The position numbers were made by a program, and so were the translations under genes. Positions 43,101 through 50,828 of a stretch of DNA of 64,000 nucleotides are shown one piece after another. Under the pieces are notes generated by a model that was given only the letters and a program-made list of their open reading frames with translations, searched no databases and was not told the origin of the DNA. Numbering within the stretch: the stretch's first letter is position 1; each line of letters begins with the position of its first letter. Source of the DNA: an uncultured Verrucomicrobiae bacterium (GTDB taxonomy: Bacteria; Verrucomicrobiota; Verrucomicrobiia; Chthoniobacterales; JAATET01); the NCBI GenBank assembly GCA_963749035.1, contig CAVVKW010000004.1, positions 396,717 through 460,716 of the forward strand, read 5' to 3'.

Positions 43101-43318
43101 AGGTGAGGGGATGCGGGCGGCATCTGGTCAGCACGACGTTGACGACGATCGGAAGTTTTCTGCCGCTGTTGATTCTGGTGGGCGGACAGTTCTGGCCGCC
43201 GCTGGCGATCGTTCTGGCTGGCGGGGTGGGCGGGGCGACGTTTTTGGCGGCGGTGTTCACTCCCGCAGCGTACCGGCTGCTGGTGGCGCGGGGTGAGGAC
43301 GCGACGGCTGCGGCTTGA
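40184..43318 (+). CDS. Efflux RND transporter permease (AcrB/AcrD/AcrF family)
   Basis: 1044 aa, 12-TM two-lobe architecture, typical motifs (..GMIIAMGLLIDTAIVVTDEI.., ..GLVGLAFNDNIVVL..). Confidence 0.88.
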   Translation: MSEVEGGQSAGSRWVGIFFDNKYLLVLTLIVSLVAGASALVNLPRLEDPVITNRNPLVLTIFPGASADRVEALVTEKIETELDDIDEIKNVSSTSRAGISVVSVELKDAVGKGDVSAISSEIRDALSDAAATFPPEVRAPVFDDKRNPVAYTLIVALRWADAEKGAESLGILSRRAEELADELRNVGGTELVRLYGAPMEEILVSVDSAALAQRGLTAAAVAEGLRRADVKVPAGQLRGKGSTLLVEVAGKLDALERVREVIVQQGDAGRTVRVGDVAVVERTWRDPPSQVAVTDGQRAVFVAARVAESERVDVWDAGAGRVLDDFRTETGNAISTEVVFRQNEYTSARLAELAVNLALGAGVVLLVILLTMGWRRSLIVSAALPLTAAVTLFVISLQGGKLNQMSIFGMIIAMGLLIDTAIVVTDEIRIYLERGMGRREAVVGALRHLFVPLLSSTLTSVLAFLPILLLPGGAGDFVGAIGGSVIVALVVSFGLSMTVIAALAGLLAEAPGKGGRTPRWLREGVEARWFVRPMGAVVELGVRRPWLGVAMGVALPVVGFVIAPMLGSQFFPRTDRDMFTVEVTLPSVSAIGETVKLTREVERVIRSEGGVERVHWLAGATFPPVYYNLVENRDNSPEYAMGVIDVDNFETTSRLVPKLQRELAEAFPQARVQVEKFAQGPPASADVEFRLRGPSVDELQRLGDAVQRRLGEQPGITNAESTLTRGEPKLWFATDEAAARAAGLDPGAVAEQLEAGLEGVAGGSLIEGVEELPVRVRVPDEGRDSVAAIADLRLVGSGGERVPLRALGKFELRPESGAITRRNGERVNNVRGFAEAGSLPIDITERVRSELAEAGFELPSGYGLELGGESENQADAVGNLLLYLPVIVTLTIATLVLSFKSVRIALILLAIAPLTTGFGLLATGAMGFPVSFNTILGCIGLVGLAFNDNIVVLAAIRANAKARAGDWEEIVKEVRGCGRHLVSTTLTTIGSFLPLLILVGGQFWPPLAIVLAGGVGGATFLAAVFTPAAYRLLVARGEDATAAA

Positions 43319-43334
43319 GTCGCGGAGGATTCTT

Positions 43335-43396
43335 TACGCAAACACGCGAAGGGGGTTCTCACGCAGAGGCGCGGAGACGCAGAGACGCGAAGAGGG
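43335..43396. repeat. Second copy of the CGCGAAGG / CGCAGAG composite repeat
   Basis: acgcaaacacgcgaagggggttctcacgcagaggcgcggagacgcagagacgcgaagaggg. Confidence 0.75.
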
Positions 43397-43425
43397 AGAG
43401 ATTTTTAGCGATCGGCTTTGCCCCT

Positions 43426-43446
43426 TCTCAACTCTCAACTCTCAAC
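43426..43446. repeat. Heptamer tandem repeat (TCTCAAC)x3 at the MMPL gene 3' end
   Basis: tctcaac tctcaac tctcaac. Encodes the C-terminal ..KLRVES*. Confidence 0.85.
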
Positions 43447-45812
43447 TTGCTCCGCTGCAGCCAGACCCAGAGTTGGGGGAGGAGGAAGATGGCGATGAGG
43501 GTGTTGGCGGCGAAGCCGAGGGCGCAGACTCGTCCGAGGCTGGCGAGGCCTTCGCTGGCGGCCCAGGCGATGGAGGCGAAGCCGGTGGTGGTCGTGATGC
43601 CGCAGAGGAGGAGGGCGGTGCCGACGGTTCGTTGAGTCAGGAGGAGGTCGCCGTGGGTTTCGCGGAGCGAGCGGATCACGTGGATGCTGAAGTCGACGCC
43701 GGTGCCGAGGAGGAGGAGGGCGGAGGCGATGTTCATGAAGTTCCAGGTGAAGCCGAGCAGGGTCATTCCGCCGAGGAGCGTAAGGCAGTTCAGCGCGAGG
43801 ATACCGATGGCGAAGACGACGTCGAACGCGTTGCGGAAGGCGAGGGTGAGCATGACGACGAGGACGGTGGAGAAGATGGCGAGGGGGAGGATCATCTCCC
43901 GGGCGGCGAAGCGGGCGAGTTCGGCGCCGAGCAGGGGCCAGGAGAGGAGGGTGATGCCGGGGGCGTTGATGTGGGCGGGGAGCGTAGCGTATTCGGTGTC
44001 GGTGAGGGTGGCGGTGGGTTCGACGGCGCCCATGGCGGAGTCGGGTTCGTGAATGGCGCGGCGGAGAATCCAGCGGGAGTATTCGTCGGTCGGCCAGAGC
44101 GGAAGCGGCTGGGCGCTGGCTTCGGACCAGCGGGTGAGGAGGTCATCGGTGAGGGCGAAGGCTTCGGGGGTGAAGCCGGCGGTGTCGAGGGCGGCGGCGA
44201 GTTCGTTGCGGCTTTCGATGGCGGGCTGGATGGCGGCGAGGTTGGTGCGCTGGGCGTCGGCGTTGGGCCAAAAGGCGGTGGGGAGGAGGGTGCTCGTGAT
44301 GAGGCCTTCCTGCTGGAGGGTTTCGAGTCGGCCGGCGGCGGTGAGGAGACGGTCGCGGATCTGGGAGGGATTGTCGCCGGTGACGAGGAGGCTGAGGGTG
44401 CGGGGGGAGTTGGCGAGTTTCTCGTAGATGCGGTTGACGGTTTCGTAGGCGAGTGAGTTGCGGGGCTGGAGGGCCTTGGCGGAGGATTCGAGGGCGGGGA
44501 GACCGCGGATGAGGAGGGTGGCGGTCGCGGCCAGGACGAGGGCGGTCGTGAGGAGGGCACCGACTTTGAGGAGGGGAGCTGTGATCGGTGATCGGTGGCT
44601 CGTGGGTTGTGGTTTGGCGAATCGGTGGACGGCTCGAGTGAAGAGCGTGAGCATGAGGAAGGCGCCGGCGGCGACGCCGAGGGCAACGAGGGTGCCGAGC
44701 TGGGCGAGGCCGGGGACGCCGGAGAAATTTAGCGAAGCGAAGGCGGCGGCGGTGGTGGCGGCGGCCCAGGCGATGCCGGGCAGGCAGCGGCGGCGGAGAA
44801 CGTCGGGGGGTTCGCGGTGGGCGAGGTAGGTCTGGTAGATGATGAGGCCGTAGTCGACGTTGATGCCGACGAGGATGGAGGCGAACCCGGCGCTGATGAT
44901 GGTGATGCCCTTATCGAGAAATCCGGCGACCGAGAGGGCGATGAGAAAGCTGAGTCCGAGGAGGCCGATGAGGATGGCGAGGGTGAGGAGGCGGCGGTAA
45001 ACGGCGAAGAAGATGAGTCCGACGATGGCGACGGTGACGACGCCGGATTGGCGCATCTCGCTTTCCATGCCGGTGGAGAGTTCCGACATGAAGGCCGGGT
45101 CGCCCGCGATGCCGATCTGGAGGGGCGGATCGATTGGGGGCTGGGTTGTTCGCCAGGCGGCGATGCGGGACTTGATGGCGGTGATCCAGTCGGTGGCGAG
45201 ACGGTAGTCGGTCAGGTCCGGGGTGGCGGTGACGTAGAGGGCGCGAAACGTGCCGTCGGCGGAAACGAATTCGGACTTTTGGGGTTCGGTCGATTCCGCG
45301 GCGTTTGGCGCGATCGCCTGGAGGTGGGGGAGGAGGCGGTAGGGGTCGTAGCTGAGGAGGGCGATCTCTTCGCCGGAGAGGGTGGTGGCGAGAGTGGCGG
45401 CGGTGTTGGTGGCTCGGGTGGTCGCGGTGGTGGGATCAAGGGCGGAGACGATGGGGGCGAATTGGTCGGGGGGGAGGTTGAGCGCGGTGTAGGCGGCGAG
45501 GCCGCCGAGGTTCTCGGGGGAGGATTCCCAGAGGGGCTGGGCGACGACGAGCCGGACGAGGTCGGGGGTGGCGAGGAGGTGCTCGGCGAGCGAAAGGGTG
45601 GCGGCTTCGGTGCGGGCGGAGTCGGGGGATTCGACCGTGACGATGAGTTCGTTCGGGAGGCCGAAATCGGCGAGGACGCGGGCGAGGCCTTCGGCCTGCT
45701 CGATGTCGGGGGGGAGGAGGTCGAGGATCTCGACGTTAAAGCTGATTCGCGAGAGACCGATCGCGAGGGTCACGATCGCTGCGGCGAGGAGGAGAATTCT
45801 GAGGGATCTCAA
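43428..45812 (-). CDS. MMPL/RND-superfamily exporter (lipid-type, HpnN-like architecture)
   Basis: 794 aa. Two 6-TM bundles with two periplasmic domains. ..GINVDYGLIIYQ.. and ..GTGVDFSIHVI.. motifs. Confidence 0.75.
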   Translation of the reverse strand: MRSLRILLLAAAIVTLAIGLSRISFNVEILDLLPPDIEQAEGLARVLADFGLPNELIVTVESPDSARTEAATLSLAEHLLATPDLVRLVVAQPLWESSPENLGGLAAYTALNLPPDQFAPIVSALDPTTATTRATNTAATLATTLSGEEIALLSYDPYRLLPHLQAIAPNAAESTEPQKSEFVSADGTFRALYVTATPDLTDYRLATDWITAIKSRIAAWRTTQPPIDPPLQIGIAGDPAFMSELSTGMESEMRQSGVVTVAIVGLIFFAVYRRLLTLAILIGLLGLSFLIALSVAGFLDKGITIISAGFASILVGINVDYGLIIYQTYLAHREPPDVLRRRCLPGIAWAAATTAAAFASLNFSGVPGLAQLGTLVALGVAAGAFLMLTLFTRAVHRFAKPQPTSHRSPITAPLLKVGALLTTALVLAATATLLIRGLPALESSAKALQPRNSLAYETVNRIYEKLANSPRTLSLLVTGDNPSQIRDRLLTAAGRLETLQQEGLITSTLLPTAFWPNADAQRTNLAAIQPAIESRNELAAALDTAGFTPEAFALTDDLLTRWSEASAQPLPLWPTDEYSRWILRRAIHEPDSAMGAVEPTATLTDTEYATLPAHINAPGITLLSWPLLGAELARFAAREMILPLAIFSTVLVVMLTLAFRNAFDVVFAIGILALNCLTLLGGMTLLGFTWNFMNIASALLLLGTGVDFSIHVIRSLRETHGDLLLTQRTVGTALLLCGITTTTGFASIAWAASEGLASLGRVCALGFAANTLIAIFLLPQLWVWLQRSKLRVES

Positions 45813-45884
45813 ATGAGGATGCGGTTTGTCCGCAGATTAAGCAGAGGGACGCAGATTTTTTCGTAGGTTTTTGAGCGGGCGTTT

Positions 45885-46511
45885 TTAGGGGGTTTCGAAG
45901 ACCGACTTTGGGAGATTCGGCTGGTTGACTTTGACGTGGGTGAAGTTGGTTTCGAGTCCGCCGCCGTTGGTGAGTTCGACGTTGAAGTTCGAGAGGATGC
46001 CGGAGGCGGTCTGATATTCGAGGTTGATCCGCTTGACGTTTTTGCGGAAGTCGGCGGCGCGGGGGACGAGGTCGAGTTCGGTGGTCTTTCCTTTTTCCTC
46101 CATGCGGGTGACGTCGAAGAGCTCGCGGAACTCTTCGATCGATCCGGTGATCGGGAAGCGCATGAGGAGGAGTTGGCGGCTGTCGGGGCCGGTGGCGCTT
46201 TCGTCGATGGTGCGGGTGGTGCCTTGGCGCTTGTCGATCAGTGTGACGGTGGTGCCTCCGTCGCGGATGGCGATGGTCTCAGGGGGATCGCCGAGTTGAA
46301 AACGGAACCGGCCGTCGGACTGGAACCAGATCTTTCCGGGCTGGCGGGAGGGGACGCGGAGGGTGGGGAGGCGACGGGTCTGGGTGAAGTCGGCTTCGAG
46401 ATTGCGGACGGTCTGCTGGCGTTCGATCCAGGACTCGAGGGCGGCCCAATCGGGCTCGGCGTGAAGGCCGGTGGTGGCGAGGGTGAGGAGGGCGGTGAGG
46501 GCGATTCGCAT
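45885..46511 (-). CDS. LolA-like outer-membrane lipoprotein carrier family protein
   Basis: Internal Met MRIALTALLTLATTGLHA (signal). ..LEADFTQTRRLPTLRVPSRQPGKIWFQSDGRFRFQLGDP.. resembles the LolA fold signature. Upstream of, and co-oriented with, the MMPL gene. Confidence 0.65.
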   Translation of the reverse strand: MRIALTALLTLATTGLHAEPDWAALESWIERQQTVRNLEADFTQTRRLPTLRVPSRQPGKIWFQSDGRFRFQLGDPPETIAIRDGGTTVTLIDKRQGTTRTIDESATGPDSRQLLLMRFPITGSIEEFRELFDVTRMEEKGKTTELDLVPRAADFRKNVKRINLEYQTASGILSNFNVELTNGGGLETNFTHVKVNQPNLPKSVFETP

Positions 46512-46646
46512 GGTGGGTCGGGTGGCGGACGATACTGCGGAGCTCGAAGTGGGGCAATAGCCGGGGGTGGATGAGGGATCGGTGAGAATCAACGCTCGGG
46601 CAATCTTGGTCCTTCCGATTCGGACGGAAAAGCTGGAAGCTGGGGC

Positions 46647-49600
46647 ATGATCAAACTCTCCCCCGTGTGGATCTGGATCGTTGTCGTTGGGTGCGTGCTG
46701 GGGAGGTTGGGCGCAGTCCCGGAAGGCGGGAGCCCGGGGGACCCGCGGACGATCCCGGCGCCGTTGGCGACTTGGGAGGATTGGGCGACGTGGGATCTGG
46801 TTCATCGCGATTGCCCGACGCCATACGGGGACGCGGAGACGCATCTGTGTTTCTGGCCGTCGAGGTTGGGGTTGGATTTGAACGAGACGGGCGGGAGTTT
46901 TGCGATCGGGGTGACGGCTTACGGACCGACGTGGGTGCCGCTGCCGGGGGGTGATGAGCATTGGCCACTGGGGGTGACGGTCGGTGGGGTGGCGGTCCCG
47001 GTGGTGGTGCACCACGGGGCGCCGTCGGTGCAGCTGGCGGCGGGGGAGCACGAGTTGGCGGGGCGTTTTGATTGGGCCGAGCTACCACCGAGTCTGCGGC
47101 TGCCGACGGCGGTCGGAATTTTGGATCTCCGCGTCGGGGGAGCGGCGGTTGAGCTGCCGTCGTGGGAGGCGGACGGACGGCTGTGGCTGAAGCGAGACGC
47201 GGCGTCGCAGGAGGCGGAGCGGGATTTCTTGTCGGTGAAGGTTTACTCGCTGCTGGAGGATGGGATTCCGCTTTGGCTGCGGTGCGAGGTCGAGTTGATC
47301 GTGGCGGGGAAGAGTCGGGAGGAGGAGATCGGCGGCGTGTTGCCGGAAGGCTGGAAGCTGGCGTCGGTGGAGAGCGAGATTCCGGTGGCGGCGGATGATG
47401 CGGGGCGGATGAAGGCGCAGGTGCGGGCGGGGAAGTGGACGGTGCGGCTGGCGGCGTTTCGGCTGGATGACGTGCGGGAGTTTGGTTTTGCGGAGGGGGT
47501 GGAGCCGGCCGTGGGGGATGAGTTGGTGGCGGTGCGGGCGGCTCCGCATTTCCGGATGATCGACGTGGTCGGGGCGCCGTCGGTCGACGTTTCGCAGACG
47601 ACGATACCGGACGCGTGGCGGCAGTTGCCCGTGTATCGGTGGGAGACGGACGGGCCGTTTACGATCGAGGAGCGGATGCGGGGGATGGGGGAGCAGGCGG
47701 CGGAGGGGCTCACGATTGGCCGGACTTGGTGGCTGGATGAAGACGGGGCGGCAATGACGTTTCAGGACGAGATCGAGGGGGAGCGACAGCGGATCTGGCG
47801 GCTGGACGCGGCGGAGGGTCAGGATCTGGGATCGGTGCGGAGCGGGGGGGAGGGTCAACTCATCACGCGGAATCCGGTGAACGGCGCGGTGGGGGTGGAA
47901 GTCCGGACGCGGGATTTGGATTTGTCGGCGACGGGGCGAATGGATCGAACGGCGAGTCTGTCGGCAACGGGTTGGGAGGCGGACGCGGGGAAGGTGGACG
48001 TGACGTTGCACCTGCCGCCGGGGTGGCGATTGTTCGCGCTGTTTGGCGCGGACTGGGTGCGGGGTGATTGGTTGACGGCGTGGACGCTGTTGGATTTGTT
48101 TCTGCTGCTGTTGTTCACGCTGGCGGTGCGAAAGCTGTGGGGCTGGGTGCCGGCGGCGGTTGCGTTCCTGGCGTTTGGAATTTCGTACCACGAGCCGGAT
48201 GCGCCGCGGTTTCTGTGGTTGGCGTTGCTGGTGCCGCTGGCGCTGCTGCGGGTGGTTCGGCCGGGCGAGGGGCTGGGGAGGAAGTTGCTGATGACGTGGA
48301 AGTGGCTGGCGGTGGGGGCGTTGGTGCTGGCGTTGGTGCCGTTCGTCGCGGGGCAGGTGCAGCAGGCGATCTTCCCGCAGCTCGAGAGCGGGGTGTTTCC
48401 GGGCTACGGGCGAGCTGGTGCGGAGGTGATGGTTTACGAAGAGGCGAGTGACGCGCTGGCACCGGAGCCGATGGACCGAACGAGATCGAGCTGGTCGAAG
48501 TCAGGGTCGAAGATGGAATTGTCCGCACCGGGTGCGCCGCAGGAGGCGTCGAAGGCGAACAGGAATCTGCTCTATGAGTCGAAGGCGCGGATCCAGACGG
48601 GGCCGGCGGTGCCAGACTGGACGTGGCGGTCGGTGGCGTTTGGTTGGAACGGTCCGGTGCAGGCGAGTCAGGAGGTGCGATCGATTTTGATTCCGCCACT
48701 GGTCGAACGGACGCTTTCGATTTTGCGAGTCGTGTTGCTGGCGAGTTTGGCGTTGGTGTTGCTGCGGTCGGGGCGGTGGGCGTGGCGCGGTGGTCGCACG
48801 GTGGCAATCGCATTGGTTTTGATGGGATGGAGCTCGGCGGTGCGGGCGGAGTTCCCGGACGAGGCGATGCTCGAAACGTTGCGGGAGCGGCTGACGAAGC
48901 CATCGGAGGCGTATCCGCACGCGGCGGACATCCCGTCGGCGTCGCTGGAGCTGGCGGGCCGTCGGCTGACCATGGAGGTCACGGTGCACGCGGCGATCGA
49001 GACGGCGGTGCCGTTGCCGGGCCGCTTGCCGACGTGGTCGCCGGTGTCGGTGACCGTCGATGGAATCGGCGCGGCTTCGGTGCGGCGCGACGATGGATTT
49101 CTGTGGGTCGTGGTGCCAGCGGGGGTTCACACGGTGAGGGTGGAGGGAACGTTGAGCGAGGCCGCGGAGTGGCAGTGGACGTTTGGCCTGGTGCCGAGGC
49201 GGGTCGAGATCGTGGCGCCGGATTGGAACGTCACGGGAGTGGACAAGAGCGGGGTGCCGGAGGCGCAGGTGTTCTTTGGGTTGAAGCAAGAGTCGACGGG
49301 TGACAGCGCGAGTTACGATCAGCAAACGCTGCAGACGGTGGCGGCGGTCGAGCGTGATTTGGAACTGGGTTTGGTGTGGCAGGTCCGCACAACCGTGAGG
49401 CGGTTGTCGTCGGAGGCGAAGGCGGTTTCGTTGCGGGTGCCTTTGCTGCCCGGAGAGAACGTGATCTCGTCGAACGTCACGCCGGAAGGTGGCGCGGTGG
49501 ACGTGCGTCTGGGGGCGGGGGACGCGAGTTTTTCCTGGACGAGCGAGTTGACCCCCAGTGGGTCGTTAGCGCTGGTGACACGGGAAGGGGATCCTTGGGT

Positions 49601-50681
49601 GGAGCGATGGAGTCTGGTGGTGTCGCAGGTGTGGAACGTGGCGTTCGCCGGATTAGCCCCGACGTTCGAGCCGGAGAGTGATCAGCTGGTCCCGGTCTGG
49701 CGCCCGTGGCCGGGCGAGTCGGTGGAACTGGGGATCGAACGGCCGGAGGCGATCGCTGGAGCGACGGTGACCGTCAATGACGTGAACCACGAAGTCGAAT
49801 TGGGGCGGCGCCAGCGGGTCTCGTCGCTGGATCTGAGTTTGCGGTGCAGCCTGGGGGAGGATTTTTTGGTCGGTCTGCCGGAAGGAGTGGCGGTGACGAA
49901 TCTGGAACTCGATGGTCGGCCGTTGCCGGTGAGGATGGACGGCCCGAAGGTGATGGTGCCGTTGAGTCCAGGGGAGCGGGCGGTGTCCCTGAGTTGGAAG
50001 ACGGAGGTTGGACTGGGGCTCACGGCTTCCGCTGGCGAGGTGACGCTTCCGGTCGAGAGCGCGAACGTGCGGACGTCAGTCCGGGTTCCGAATGACCGAT
50101 GGACGCTTTGGGCGCACGGGCCGATGCGGGGTCCGGCGGTTCGATTCTGGGTGGTGTTAGTTTGTTCGGTGCTGGCGGCGGCACTGCTGGCGCGGTTGCC
50201 AGGATCGCCGCTGCGGACGGTCGATTGGGTCTTGTTGTCGATTGGGTTGACGCAGGTGCCGCTGCTTGCGGCGCTGTGCGTGGTGGCGTGGTTGTTCTTG
50301 TTGGCGTGGCGTGGCGGCGATGCGTTTCAGAGGCTGCCAGCGGTCGGGCACAACCTCGTGCAGATCGCGATCATCGGGAGCACGGTCGTGGCGTTGGGGG
50401 TTCTCTTCACGGTGGTCGGCACGGGGCTGTTGGGGAATCCGGACATGTTCGTCTTGGGCAATGGGTCGTCGAAGTGGACCTTCAATTGGTTTTTGGCACG
50501 GAGCGGGATGGAGTTGCCCGAGCCGGGAGTCGTGACCGTATCGATCTGGTGGTATCGCCTCTTGATGCTTGGCTGGGCACTTTGGCTCGCGGCGGCGTTG
50601 ATCCGCTGGCTGAGGTGGGGATGGGAGCAGTTTTCGCGGGGCGGGGTGCTGCTCGTGCCGATTCGGCCGAAGTCGAATTAG
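46647..50681 (+). CDS. Very large (1344 aa) hypothetical multi-pass membrane protein with two related extracytoplasmic modules
   Basis: Consistent GC3-rich coding frame. N-terminal signal/TM, a TM cluster at about aa 470-590 and 690-720, and a C-terminal cluster of ~6 TM. No recognisable catalytic motif. Confidence 0.7.
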   Translation: MIKLSPVWIWIVVVGCVLGRLGAVPEGGSPGDPRTIPAPLATWEDWATWDLVHRDCPTPYGDAETHLCFWPSRLGLDLNETGGSFAIGVTAYGPTWVPLPGGDEHWPLGVTVGGVAVPVVVHHGAPSVQLAAGEHELAGRFDWAELPPSLRLPTAVGILDLRVGGAAVELPSWEADGRLWLKRDAASQEAERDFLSVKVYSLLEDGIPLWLRCEVELIVAGKSREEEIGGVLPEGWKLASVESEIPVAADDAGRMKAQVRAGKWTVRLAAFRLDDVREFGFAEGVEPAVGDELVAVRAAPHFRMIDVVGAPSVDVSQTTIPDAWRQLPVYRWETDGPFTIEERMRGMGEQAAEGLTIGRTWWLDEDGAAMTFQDEIEGERQRIWRLDAAEGQDLGSVRSGGEGQLITRNPVNGAVGVEVRTRDLDLSATGRMDRTASLSATGWEADAGKVDVTLHLPPGWRLFALFGADWVRGDWLTAWTLLDLFLLLLFTLAVRKLWGWVPAAVAFLAFGISYHEPDAPRFLWLALLVPLALLRVVRPGEGLGRKLLMTWKWLAVGALVLALVPFVAGQVQQAIFPQLESGVFPGYGRAGAEVMVYEEASDALAPEPMDRTRSSWSKSGSKMELSAPGAPQEASKANRNLLYESKARIQTGPAVPDWTWRSVAFGWNGPVQASQEVRSILIPPLVERTLSILRVVLLASLALVLLRSGRWAWRGGRTVAIALVLMGWSSAVRAEFPDEAMLETLRERLTKPSEAYPHAADIPSASLELAGRRLTMEVTVHAAIETAVPLPGRLPTWSPVSVTVDGIGAASVRRDDGFLWVVVPAGVHTVRVEGTLSEAAEWQWTFGLVPRRVEIVAPDWNVTGVDKSGVPEAQVFFGLKQESTGDSASYDQQTLQTVAAVERDLELGLVWQVRTTVRRLSSEAKAVSLRVPLLPGENVISSNVTPEGGAVDVRLGAGDASFSWTSELTPSGSLALVTREGDPWVERWSLVVSQVWNVAFAGLAPTFEPESDQLVPVWRPWPGESVELGIERPEAIAGATVTVNDVNHEVELGRRQRVSSLDLSLRCSLGEDFLVGLPEGVAVTNLELDGRPLPVRMDGPKVMVPLSPGERAVSLSWKTEVGLGLTASAGEVTLPVESANVRTSVRVPNDRWTLWAHGPMRGPAVRFWVVLVCSVLAAALLARLPGSPLRTVDWVLLSIGLTQVPLLAALCVVAWLFLLAWRGGDAFQRLPAVGHNLVQIAIIGSTVVALGVLFTVVGTGLLGNPDMFVLGNGSSKWTFNWFLARSGMELPEPGVVTVSIWWYRLLMLGWALWLAAALIRWLRWGWEQFSRGGVLLVPIRPKSN

Positions 50682-50828
50682 AAGTCGGTTGGCTGGTGAG
50701 GGGTGATCGCTTTTCGGCGTGGCGAGCGTCGGTGCAATCGGGGGCGACGGATGGGTCAGGCGGGCGGGATCGGCGGATTCGTAGGGCCCCGGAGGTGGTG
50801 AGTTGCGAATAGAGTCGGAATCAGGACC

